NCBI GenBank assembly: GCA_963814585.1
Contig: CAWFDF010000003.1
Span: forward strand, 64,001 to 128,000
Direction: 5' to 3'
Origin: an uncultured delta proteobacterium
Lineage (GTDB): Bacteria; Myxococcota; Myxococcia; Myxococcales; Anaeromyxobacteraceae
DNA: 64,000 nucleotides
Part shown: positions 10,701 to 18,841 of the stretch, in pieces
Layout: each line of letters starts with the position of its first letter
How positions within the stretch are numbered: position 1 is the stretch's first letter
The notes under the pieces: generated by a model
The model's database searches: none
The model's input: only the letters and a program-made list of their open reading frames with translations
What the model was told of the DNA's origin: nothing
Translations under genes and position numbers: made by a program

Positions 10701-11027
10701 GAGGCGCGCTACCCCGGCGCCACCTGGTACCGGGAGTGGCCGGTGCGGGCGCGGCTCGCCACGGACCCGCCGCGCCTGCTCAGAGGGGAGGTCGACCTGT
10801 TCCTCGACCTTCCCGACGGCTTCGTGCTGGTGGACCACAAGTCCTTCCCGGGCAGCGTGAAGGAGCGCGACCGACGCCTGGTCGAGGAGTACGCGCCGCA
10901 GCTCGGCTGGTATGCTCGGGTGCTGGCCCAGGCGCTGGGGAAGCCGCTGCGGGCGGCCTTCATCCACCTGCCCATCCGCGGGGAGGTGGCTGAGGTGGCG
11001 CTCGGTGAGTCCCCCGACCCAGGCTAA
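7752..11027 (+). CDS. AddA-like UvrD (SF1) helicase with C-terminal PD-(D/E)XK nuclease
   Basis: ASAGTGKT, ITYTVKAAGEL, TIHS, VDEFQDTS, VGDRKQAIFAFQG, TWHKAKGLEWPVV, LYVGFTRARD, GEVDL...VDHKS...QLGWY. Confidence 0.92.
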   Translation: MKIDVVSASAGTGKTYRLTGELAAALLDGSARPEGVVAITYTVKAAGELESRIRARLLESGRADLAGRVRDGYIGTIHSVCQRLLREFSLEAGISPYLEPIPESERRRLFDVALSSVLAGRGARVNELARRLELEDWKAKLLAIVDAARNNGMDRAAVLRSAEASRTSLARLLGTPTIDGPTYLGKLRAAHARLQPTLDEQAAATGQDASRERADLGRRLGAVLDRGLMPSWKSQSQLASKVDMKKLSAWSSDYVELASQHAACAAFHEDVLGMQEALFDLAGQALGAFVAEKGAASVIDFGDMLAQAREVLAWPAVQEALRTRLDLVLVDEFQDTSPLQLAVVGALSDLARRSVWVGDRKQAIFAFQGTDPELMSAATEAALGGRAPDILGKSWRSRKDLVELVSDLFSEALAPHGFPPEQVRLEPAKTDPEALARQPAFECWRWAGASEPRHGVKVNASEAHALAAGVAELLQDPPLVRERGTGDVEPLRLATRRDVAILARSNSRCQEIAAALRVRGIPAKVSLAGVTLTPEGVLARAALALLADPQDGVAALEVGWLGGAAAGDPDAWLSRRLLEVSAWRAAVEAAGKEKERRPPLPLAFQDDPRIAGLRSAGPAAERLSPAQALDLAIRTAGLPDLVRAWPEPGQRLANLEALRAEALAYEQLCDAGSSAATMLGLVAHLASLGDDTEAGRQAAPSSEDAVSVVTWHKAKGLEWPVVILSHLDHARERSAFDVAVEGAAAFDFGRPLAGRWIRWWPWPYGRMSKGLALIGAAAATPEARRAALSDHRERLRVLYVGFTRARDLLVLAAKVSGKSGPATAALDLLRGAGDQALLEAPFEAAPGPSSIGVGEAAWPCRVREVSGLPPLAAAPARAATRWYAAAARTGRPPELVNPSTEPLAGEVRIVSVERLGGRRPLEARPEQAGLVGDAIHGFLAADRPGEAAARSDMATRILKAFGVVGAVAPETLLSASDALRAWLEARYPGATWYREWPVRARLATDPPRLLRGEVDLFLDLPDGFVLVDHKSFPGSVKERDRRLVEEYAPQLGWYARVLAQALGKPLRAAFIHLPIRGEVAEVALGESPDPG

Positions 11028-11101
11028 TACCCCGACCCAGGCCAATGCCCCGGCCCAGGCTGATGCCCAGGCCCATGCTGATGCCCCGGCCCAGGCTGCT
11101 T
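11012..11101. repeat. tandem repeat, 5 imperfect 18-bp units (consensus ccccggcccaggctgatg)
   Basis: ccccgacccaggctaata / ccccgacccaggccaatg / ccccggcccaggctgatg / cccaggcccatgctgatg / ccccggcccaggctgctt. Confidence 0.85.
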
Positions 11102-11193
11102 GTGCTTCCTCCTCTCCCGCCCGTAAGTTCGCGCTTCACTTGGCGCCGGCATCGAGCCCGGCGCCCTCGGCGCACGCCTTCAGGGAGCAGGCC

Positions 11194-12819
11194 ATGACAC
11201 GGTACCGAGCGCAGGCACGTGGGCTGGCGATCGCCGTCCTCCTCACCGGGGCCCTGGCCGCCTGCGGTGGCTCGAGCTCCCCCCTGGTGCCAACCTACAC
11301 CCTGGGTGGGACCGCCTCGGGCCTGGGCGCGGGCCGGCAGGTGGTGCTGCGCAGCGCCGCCGGCGACGTCACCGTCTCCGCCAACGGGCCCTTCACGTTC
11401 CCCACGCCGCTGGCCGACGGCACCGGCTACGCCGTCACCGTGCTCACCCAGCCCACCGGGCAGTCCTGCTCGGTGGCGGGCGGGACCGGCACCGTGCTCG
11501 GCGCCGCGGTGACCAGCGTGGCCGTCAGCTGCGGCGACACCGGCACCCTCGACACCACCTTCGGCCCGGGAGGCGTGGGCCTCGTCCACCACGGCGGCGC
11601 CGCGGGCGGGGACGGCGGCGATCTCGGCGAGGCGATGGCGCTCGACGCCAGCGGCCGAATCCTCGTGGCCGGCTTCAGCGCCGACGCCGCCGGCGTTCTG
11701 CACATGGCGGCCTGGCGGTTCCTCCCCGACGGCGCGCTCGACGCCTCCTTCCACGGGACGGGGTTCGTCACCCACCCCGGGGAGAGCGCCTGCGCCACCT
11801 GCCAGACCATCGCCAGCGGCGTGGCGGTGGACGGGAGCGGGCGGGTGGTGGTGACCGGCTACAGCATCGGCAGCGACGGTCTCTGGGGCGTGGCCCTCTG
11901 GCGCTACACCGCCGGCGGCCAGCCCGACACCAGCTTCGGCGGGACCGGCTTCGTGCGTGCCACCTCGCCGCAGGGCGGCGGGGTCCGCTGCGCCCTCGAC
12001 GCCAGCGGGCGGATCCTGGTAGCCGGCTTCACCTGGAGCGGAACCGACTGGGACATCGCCACCTGGCGCTACCTGGCGGACGGCACGCCCGACCCGACCT
12101 TCGGCGGCACGGGCCTGGTGACCTCCCATGGCGCGGCGGGCGGCAGCGCCGAGGACACCGCGGTGGGGATCGCCGTCGACGGCGGCCACCGCATCCTCGT
12201 CACCGGCTACAGCACCAGCGCCGCCGGCGACCAGGACATGACGCTGCTCCGCTACCTGCCGAGCGGAGCGCTCGACGCCACCTTCAACGGCACCGGCATC
12301 GTCACCCACGACGGCGCGGGCGGCGCCCACGGCGACGACGCCGGGCGCGACGTCGCCGTCGACGCCCTGGGGCGCGTCGTGGTGGCCGGCTGGAGCCCGA
12401 GCCTGGCCGGCGGCGACGACGTGGCGGTGTGGCGCTTCCTCGCCGACGGGACGCTCGACACCTCGTTCGGCGGCACCGGGTACTTCGTGCAGGACGGCGC
12501 GGCGGGCGGCAGCGGGCCCGACGAGGGGCGCGCCGTCGCCGTGGACGGCCTGGGGCGCATCGTGGTCACCGGCTCCAGCACCAGCGCCGCCGGCGACACC
12601 GACATGGTGCTCTGGCGCCTCGGCGCCGACGGCGCCCCGGACGCCAGCCTGGGCGGGGGCTCCGGCAGGCTGGTCTTCACGGACGGCGCCGGAGGCACCG
12701 CCGGCCGGGACGGCGGCCGTGACCTCCTCATCGACGGGAGCGGGAGGCTGGTGGTGGCCGGCCTGAGCGGGACCGCCCCGGCGGGCTACGAGGTCTCGGT
12801 CTGGCGCATCCGGCAGTAG
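11194..12819 (+). CDS. lipoprotein with Ig-like domain and delta-60 (DUF5122-like) beta-propeller repeats
   Basis: Lipobox LAAC; YAVTVLTQPTGQSC Ig-like segment; about 7 repeats of VAVDxxGRI(V/L)V(A/T)G...WR(Y/F)xxDGxLDxSFGGTG. Confidence 0.8.
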   Translation: MTRYRAQARGLAIAVLLTGALAACGGSSSPLVPTYTLGGTASGLGAGRQVVLRSAAGDVTVSANGPFTFPTPLADGTGYAVTVLTQPTGQSCSVAGGTGTVLGAAVTSVAVSCGDTGTLDTTFGPGGVGLVHHGGAAGGDGGDLGEAMALDASGRILVAGFSADAAGVLHMAAWRFLPDGALDASFHGTGFVTHPGESACATCQTIASGVAVDGSGRVVVTGYSIGSDGLWGVALWRYTAGGQPDTSFGGTGFVRATSPQGGGVRCALDASGRILVAGFTWSGTDWDIATWRYLADGTPDPTFGGTGLVTSHGAAGGSAEDTAVGIAVDGGHRILVTGYSTSAAGDQDMTLLRYLPSGALDATFNGTGIVTHDGAGGAHGDDAGRDVAVDALGRVVVAGWSPSLAGGDDVAVWRFLADGTLDTSFGGTGYFVQDGAAGGSGPDEGRAVAVDGLGRIVVTGSSTSAAGDTDMVLWRLGADGAPDASLGGGSGRLVFTDGAGGTAGRDGGRDLLIDGSGRLVVAGLSGTAPAGYEVSVWRIRQ

Positions 12820-12895
12820 GAGCTGCGACCATGGGCCCTTCCAGCCCGTCGCCCTCGAGGCGGAGCGGGCCGAAGCGGTCTTCGCGGTGTCGAGC

Positions 12896-14431
12896 TCAGG
12901 GCGCGGTGGTGAACGGCCAGTCGGCGCCCTGGGCGATCCGGTAGGCGGGAGCGGGCGCGAAGAAGCCGCCCGGGCCGGCGGCCTCGTCCACGGTCCTGAA
13001 GGCGGAGCTCCCGCGCACCTTCCAGGTGCACGAGGCTCCAGGAGGGAGGGCGAAGCTCGCCGGGATCGTCAGCGACTGCGCCGTCGTGAAGACGTCGTAG
13101 CCGGACGTGCCGCCCGGTCCGCGGAACGAGACCACGTAGACGGGCTGGTCGGGCATCGAGTTCCAGCTGAACGTGGTCCCCGGGCCCACCGTCGCATCGG
13201 GTGCCGGCGAGCCCTGGACGGGACCGCCCCCGAATGCGAGCTCCACGCCCGCCGCGTCCGAGGCGAGCCCGTGCCGGTGCACCTCCTGGTAGGCCATCCC
13301 CGCGTAGTCCTGCCGGGCCACGAGATCGATGGTCCCGCCGGGGATGGCAGGCGTGGGGATGGCGAACGTCTCGGTGAACCCGACCTGGGGGAACGACGAC
13401 GGATCGCTCGGCGGCGGGAGGATGCGGATCCGGGCCCCGTTGCCGAGGACGGCGAACATGCTGATCCCCGCCGTGTTGCTGGGCGGCTTCACGATCGTCC
13501 CCCCGATCGACCTGGATGCGACCACCCCGAGCGCGAGGTCCTGTCCGCTGGCCACCGAGAGGTCGGCCAGCGCCACCCCGGTGCGGGTTCCGTGGCCGTC
13601 GTAGCCCACCGGCCGGCCGTCGGCGTCGACGCGCCACTGCAGGGCGTGGAGCTCGCCGGTCACCGAGGAGGGACCGGACCACCGCGGCCCCAGCAGGAAG
13701 GTGGCCAGGCCGGCCTGGACGGGACCGGTGCCGCTCGCCTCGGCGGACCTGAAGGTGACGCCCGCCTCGTGCCCGGTGGGCTGGGGGAAGCCGGCTCCGC
13801 CGGAGAGCGCGCCAGTCACCACCCCGCCTCGCGGGAGGCCCGGGTCCGAGTCCAGGAAGAGGACCAGCGTCGGGTCCATGCGCCGCAGCCCAGGGTAGAT
13901 GCTGGTGAGCAGCCCACCGGGCGCGGTGGCGGTGATGTCGTAGGGCACCGCCACGTCGGCGAGCGAGAACGCTCCCTGCGCGTCGGTGGTGGCGCTGCCC
14001 GATCCCACCCGCACCACGGCCCCCGCGACCGGGGCGCCGCTGGGGGAGATCACCGTGCCGGCCAGCCGCTGGGCGGCCGGATCGATGGTGATGGTCGCCG
14101 AGGCCGTCAGGCCTCCCACCGTGGCGGTCAGGGTCGCCGTGGCCAGCGAGACGACGCTGACCGGCGGCGTGTAGAGCACCGGCACGCCCTGGCTCCGGTC
14201 GAGGCTGCCCGGGCCGGCCAGGATCCAGTTCACCATCTCGCTGCAGCCGGACGCGCCAGCGCCGAAGCTCACGCCCGCCCCGCCCGCCGTGACCCTCGCC
14301 GAGGTCGGATGGATGCTGGCCACCGAACCGGCCGGGCACGCCCCCCCGCCGTCGTCACCGCCTCCGGATCCCGAGCAGGCGGCGAGGCAGGCCGCGATCA
14401 GCAGGGCTCCCTTCCCCTCGATCCGGGTCAT
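12896..14431 (-). CDS. secreted lipoprotein with carboxypeptidase-regulatory-like/Ig-like domains
   Basis: Lipobox LAAC-SG; GTVISPSGAPVAGAVVRVG..ATTDAQGAFSL motif. Confidence 0.7.
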   Translation of the reverse strand: MTRIEGKGALLIAACLAACSGSGGGDDGGGACPAGSVASIHPTSARVTAGGAGVSFGAGASGCSEMVNWILAGPGSLDRSQGVPVLYTPPVSVVSLATATLTATVGGLTASATITIDPAAQRLAGTVISPSGAPVAGAVVRVGSGSATTDAQGAFSLADVAVPYDITATAPGGLLTSIYPGLRRMDPTLVLFLDSDPGLPRGGVVTGALSGGAGFPQPTGHEAGVTFRSAEASGTGPVQAGLATFLLGPRWSGPSSVTGELHALQWRVDADGRPVGYDGHGTRTGVALADLSVASGQDLALGVVASRSIGGTIVKPPSNTAGISMFAVLGNGARIRILPPPSDPSSFPQVGFTETFAIPTPAIPGGTIDLVARQDYAGMAYQEVHRHGLASDAAGVELAFGGGPVQGSPAPDATVGPGTTFSWNSMPDQPVYVVSFRGPGGTSGYDVFTTAQSLTIPASFALPPGASCTWKVRGSSAFRTVDEAAGPGGFFAPAPAYRIAQGADWPFTTAP

Positions 14432-14737
14432 GGGCTTCCTCCTCGGCGCGCTGACCAGCTGGCCCGGCGCCCGACCGGCAGCACCAGCTTGGCAGCCGCG
14501 GCCCGCGGCGGCGGGAGGAAGTCAGGGTGCCACCCTGGCGTGCGACGATTGCGGTGTGAGACCGGCCGCTGGCGAGCGGCGCGCCCGAGCGGCGAGGCGC
14601 CGAGGCCCCCCCACCAGGGCATGCGATCCGGGCCCCCGGATGAACCCATCCGAGACTCGCCGAACAGGTGCGCGCGGCCCCTCCACCCGACAGAACACCC
14701 ATGCCACTCGGCGGTGCCACGACGCGCGAGGTGAGGA

Positions 14738-15736
14738 ATGGACTCCGCTCCGCGGACAGGTCCGCGACGCCCCGGGACGCGCACGGCGCCGGTACATGGC
14801 GCCGCCTTCCTCGACGAGGTCCTGGCCGGGATGGGTCGCCGCCCGCGCTCGCTCCCGTCACGGTACTTCTACGACGCCCGCGGGAGCCGGCTCTTCCAGT
14901 GGATCACCAGGCTCCCCGACTACTACCTGACGCGCGTCGAGCGGGAGATCCTCGAGCAGCACGGCGAGGCCATCCTCGCGCCGCTCCGCGGCAGGCCCTG
15001 CACCGTGGTCGATCTCGGCGCCGGGGACGGCCACAAGACGCTCCGGCTGCTCCGGCTGCTGGCGCGGGCTGGACCGGGCGTGGCCTACTCCCCGGTCGAT
15101 CTCTCCCGGGCCGCCCTGGACGAGGCGGCCGCCCGGGTCCGCTCGGAGCTGCCCGGCCTGCCGGTGAGGCCGGTGCAGACCACCTACTCGAGCGCGCTGC
15201 GGCTGCTCGCAGGCCTCCCCGGGTCCGGGACCAGGCTGGTCCTCTTCCTCGGCTCCAGCATCGGCAACTTCGAGCACGCCGCGGCGCGCGCCCTCCTCCG
15301 CGAGCTGCGCCGCGCGCTCCGGCCCGGCGACCTGCTGCTGGTGGGCTTCGATCTCGTCAAGCCGTTGCCGCTGCTGCAGCTCGCCTACGACGACCCGCAG
15401 GGCGTGACCCGCGCCTTCAACCTCAACCTGCTGGCCCGCATGAACCGCGAGCTCGGCGCCGACTTCGAGCTTTCGGCGTTCCGGCACGTCGCGACCTGGG
15501 ACCCGGAGCGACCGGCCATGGAGAGCTGGCTGGAGTCCACCTGCGCCCAGACCGTGCGCCTGGGGAGCCGCGTCCTCCGGTTCGCGGCGGGCGAGCGGAT
15601 CCACACCGAGATCTCCTGCAAGTACTCGGACGCGCAGGTCACGGCCTTCGGGGCCGACGCCGGCCTCGGCGAGGTGGCCCGCTACTCGAACCCGGGCCGG
15701 TGGTTCGTCGACGTGCTCTGGAGGGTGGACCGGTGA
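14738..15736 (+). CDS. egtD: L-histidine N-alpha-methyltransferase
   Basis: LPSRYFYDARGSRLFQWITRLPDYYLTRVE, FLGSSIGNF, AYDDPQGVTRAFNLNLL, IHTEISCKY. Confidence 0.93.
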   Translation: MDSAPRTGPRRPGTRTAPVHGAAFLDEVLAGMGRRPRSLPSRYFYDARGSRLFQWITRLPDYYLTRVEREILEQHGEAILAPLRGRPCTVVDLGAGDGHKTLRLLRLLARAGPGVAYSPVDLSRAALDEAAARVRSELPGLPVRPVQTTYSSALRLLAGLPGSGTRLVLFLGSSIGNFEHAAARALLRELRRALRPGDLLLVGFDLVKPLPLLQLAYDDPQGVTRAFNLNLLARMNRELGADFELSAFRHVATWDPERPAMESWLESTCAQTVRLGSRVLRFAAGERIHTEISCKYSDAQVTAFGADAGLGEVARYSNPGRWFVDVLWRVDR

Positions 15737-15762
15737 GCGTCGCCTCCACGCGGCCGGGCGGG

Positions 15763-16140
15763 TCAGGCGTCCTGGTGGATGCAGAGGATGTTGCCCTCCG
15801 GATCCCGGAACCAGGCCGCGCGCTCGCCGCCCAGGACGCAGACGCCGTCGTGGGTCTTGAGGCCGGGGAGGTCGTACTCCTCGAAGCGGACGCCCTTGGA
15901 GCGAAGCGCCTTCATCTCGGAGGCGATGTCCGCGACCTCGAACGACAGGGCCGTGTGGTCGGCGCGGGTCGGCGTGGCCCGCCGGTAGAGCGCGAACCCA
16001 TGGCCGTCGGCCTCGTAGCGGGCCTCGCCGTTGGGCGGGACCCTGGCCGCCGAGAGGCCGAGGGTCTTCTCGTAGAAGGTGCGGGCCCGGTCCATGTCGA
16101 CGACCGGCAGCATGGCGACGGCCTTGGAGCTCTTCAGCAT
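15763..16140 (-). CDS. VOC/glyoxalase family protein
   Basis: LPVVDMDRARTFYEKTLGL, AAWFRDPEGNIL; GGAGG RBS before ATG 16140. Confidence 0.88.
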   Translation of the reverse strand: MLKSSKAVAMLPVVDMDRARTFYEKTLGLSAARVPPNGEARYEADGHGFALYRRATPTRADHTALSFEVADIASEMKALRSKGVRFEEYDLPGLKTHDGVCVLGGERAAWFRDPEGNILCIHQDA

Positions 16141-16288
16141 GGAGACACCTCCGGGGACTCGGTCTGGCACTCACCTACCGACCTCGACGGCGTGGCTCAA
16201 CGCACGGATGGGGCCGGCCGGGCGGGGCGTCAGCGAGGCGTGACGGCCCGGGCGGGATCCCGCGCCGGCGCCAAGGAAGGGGCCCGTC

Positions 16289-17545
16289 GTGGATGAGCGG
16301 GCGCCGGGACCGGCCGAGGCCTGGCCGCGCGGCATGGCCGAGCGGCTGGCCCGGGTTCGAGCCGAGACGTCGCGGCTTTGCGCTCCCCTGGCCATCGAGG
16401 ACCACGTGGTCCAGTCGATGCCGGAGGCCAGCCCGGCCAGGTGGCACCTCGCCCACACCAGCTGGTTCTTCGAGACCTTCGTGCTCGGGCCGCACCTGCC
16501 AGGGTTCGCGCCCTACCGGGCGGCGTGGGGACCGCTCTTCAACTCCTACTACGTCGCCGCCGGTGCCAGGCACCCCCGGGAGGCGCGGGGGCTCCTGACC
16601 CGCCCCACCGTCGCCGAGGTCCACGCCTACCGGGCCTGGGTCGACGAGCGGCTGCAGGCGTTCCTCTCGACGCCCGAGGCCGAGCGGCCGGGAGTGGCCG
16701 CGGTGGTCGAGCTGGGGATCCAGCACGAGCAGCAGCACCAGGAGCTGATCCTCACGGACATCCTGCACGCCTTCTCGCTGAACCCGCTGAAGCCGGCCTA
16801 CCTGGAGAGGGCGCCGCCCCCCTCGATCGCCGCGCCGCTCCGCTGGCTGGAGCGGCCGGGTGGCCTGGTCAAGCTCGGCTGGGACGCCCCGGGGTTCGCC
16901 TTCGACAACGAGCGCCCGGCCCACCTGGTCCACCTCGAGCCCTTCCAGCTCGCCTCGCGCCCGGTCAGCAGCGGCGAGTTCGCGGAGTTCATCGCCGCCG
17001 GCGGCTACCAGCGGCCCGAGCTGTGGCTCTCCGACGGCTTCGCCGCCGCGCTGGCGGGCGGCTGGCAGGCGCCGCTCTACTGGGAGCGGCGTGACGGAGC
17101 GTGGCGCCGCTTCACGCTCCACGGCGAGGTGCCGCTGGACCCCGCCGCGCCGGTCAGCCACGTGAGCTACTACGAGGCGGATGCCTACGCCCGCTGGGCC
17201 GGGGCGCGGCTCCCGACCGAGGCGGAGTGGGAGTGCGTGGCCCGGGAGCGGCCGGTGGCCGGGCAGTTCGTCGAGGGTGGCGTCCTGGCGGCGATCGCCG
17301 CGGGGGGCGAGGCCCCCCTCTTCGGCGGCGCCTGGGCCTGGACTGGCAGTCCCTACGTCGCCTACCCGGGCTTCCGGCCGGCGTCCGGGGCCCTGGGCGA
17401 GTACAACGGCAAGTTCATGGTGAACCAGCTGGTCTTGCGCGGTGGCTCCTGCCTCTCGCCTCGCGAGCACCTGCGCGCCACCTATCGCAACTTCTTCCCA
17501 CCCCAGGCCCGCTGGCAGGTCACCGGGATCCGGCTGGCCGGCTGA
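16289..17545 (+). CDS. egtB: ergothioneine biosynthesis sulfoxide synthase
   Basis: QSMPEASPARWHLAHTSWFFETF, HEQQHQEL iron ligands, FGE-sulfatase domain, EYNGKFM, RATYRNFF; start could be ATG 16333. Confidence 0.93.
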   Translation: MDERAPGPAEAWPRGMAERLARVRAETSRLCAPLAIEDHVVQSMPEASPARWHLAHTSWFFETFVLGPHLPGFAPYRAAWGPLFNSYYVAAGARHPREARGLLTRPTVAEVHAYRAWVDERLQAFLSTPEAERPGVAAVVELGIQHEQQHQELILTDILHAFSLNPLKPAYLERAPPPSIAAPLRWLERPGGLVKLGWDAPGFAFDNERPAHLVHLEPFQLASRPVSSGEFAEFIAAGGYQRPELWLSDGFAAALAGGWQAPLYWERRDGAWRRFTLHGEVPLDPAAPVSHVSYYEADAYARWAGARLPTEAEWECVARERPVAGQFVEGGVLAAIAAGGEAPLFGGAWAWTGSPYVAYPGFRPASGALGEYNGKFMVNQLVLRGGSCLSPREHLRATYRNFFPPQARWQVTGIRLAG

Positions 17546-17575
17546 GGCGCGCGCCATGCCTTCCCCGGCCCCACG

Positions 17576-17821
17576 TCACGGCGAGCACGGCAGGGGCGAC
17601 GTCGCCTGGGCCATGGCATCCGACCGGGTCGGCCTCGAGGCCTCCCGGGCCTCGGCGGCCCGCGCCGTCCGGGCCACGTCGAGCAGGAAGGCGCCGGAGA
17701 TCATGATCCAGGCGAGCAGCAGCGCCACGCCGCCCCGCGGGCCGCTCCGGAAAGCCCGCCTGGGCCGCTCGGCGCGCCGGGCCAGGTGCATCATGGGGTG
17801 CAAGAGGGTCGTTGCGTTCAT
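17576..17821 (-). CDS. small single-TM hypothetical protein (81 aa), divergent from LysR
   Basis: GGAGG RBS then MNATTLLHPMMH...GGVALLLAWIMISGAFLLDV. Confidence 0.5.
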   Translation of the reverse strand: MNATTLLHPMMHLARRAERPRRAFRSGPRGGVALLLAWIMISGAFLLDVARTARAAEAREASRPTRSDAMAQATSPLPCSP

Positions 17822-17899
17822 GGCAGCCTCCAGGCCGGCCGCCTCGGACTCCCCGGACCCGTGCCGGTCGAGGCGGCTTCGGACAGGACAGGTGTAGCC

Positions 17900-18841
17900 A
17901 TGGCGACCGTCCAGCAGAAGGCGCAGCCTCGCACCGACCCCGTGCAGGAACGCGGCAGCCACCTCGACTGGGGGCACCTGCGGTTCTTCCTCGAGCTGGT
18001 GAGGACCGGGAGCCACGCGCGCGCCGCCCGCCGGCTGGGCGTGGATCGCAGCACGGTGGCGCGCCACGTGGCGGCCCTGGAGGCGGAGCTGGGGCTGGCG
18101 CTCTTCGAGCGCGGGCCGCAGGGCTGGAGCCGGACGCCGGCAGGCCAGGAGCTGGCCGGGCTGGCGCGCCGCGTGGAGGAGGACGTGCTGGCGCTGGCCC
18201 GCCACGTGGACGCCCGCGACCCGGCGCTGCGCGGCACGGTGCGGCTCACCACCGTGCCGCACCTGGCCACCCACCTGCTGGCGTCCTCGCTCCCGGCGCT
18301 GCGCCAGCGCCACCCCGACCTGCTGCTGGAGGTGGTCGCCGACGCCCGGGCCTTCGACCTGTCCCGGCGAGAGGCCGACCTGGCGCTGCGGATGGGACGG
18401 CCCCGCTCTCCAGGGCTGGTGGCGCGCCGGGTCTCCGAGCTGGCCTTCGCCTTCTACGCGGCGCCCTCCACGGAGGCCGGGGGCCGCGGCGCCGTGGACC
18501 TCCGCGCCGATCCCTTCCTGGGCGATGAGGCCGACCTGCTGCAGGAGCGCTGGCTGGCGAAGCTGGCGCCCGGGCTCCGCGTGGTCCACCGCTGCAACAG
18601 CACCACCGCGCTGCTGGCGGCGGCGCGGGCCGGCCTCGGCGTGGTCCTGCTCCCCTGCTACATCGGGGACGCCGAGCCGGCGCTGCGGCGGCTGGACGGC
18701 CCGAAGCCGGCTCCGCACGAGATCTGGCTGCTGGTGCACGGCGACCTGCGGCGCACGCCGCGAGTCCGGGCGGTCATCGAGTGGGTGGACGGGCTCGTGG
18801 AGCGCGCCCGCCCAGCGCTGCTGGGGCGGGCCACGAGCTAG
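17900..18841 (+). CDS. LysR family transcriptional regulator
   Basis: LDWGHLRFFLELVRTGSHARAARRLGVDRSTVARHVAALEAELGLALFER; DLSRREADLALR. Confidence 0.93.
   Translation: MATVQQKAQPRTDPVQERGSHLDWGHLRFFLELVRTGSHARAARRLGVDRSTVARHVAALEAELGLALFERGPQGWSRTPAGQELAGLARRVEEDVLALARHVDARDPALRGTVRLTTVPHLATHLLASSLPALRQRHPDLLLEVVADARAFDLSRREADLALRMGRPRSPGLVARRVSELAFAFYAAPSTEAGGRGAVDLRADPFLGDEADLLQERWLAKLAPGLRVVHRCNSTTALLAAARAGLGVVLLPCYIGDAEPALRRLDGPKPAPHEIWLLVHGDLRRTPRVRAVIEWVDGLVERARPALLGRATS

Noticed and set aside
11012..11101. Possible CRISPR array (also considered 38195-38276 and 50144-50212)
   Set aside because: Units are contiguous or only two copies, there are no unique spacers of constant length, and no cas genes
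14432..14737. Possible riboswitch/ncRNA in the long intergenic region before egtD (also 19921-20196 and 42140-42336)
   Set aside because: No recognisable conserved riboswitch motifs; hairpins are expected at this GC content; an Rfam/Infernal scan would be needed
16289..17545. Selenoneine synthase SenA instead of EgtB
   Set aside because: No senB or selD/senC nearby; the egtD neighbour fits ergothioneine
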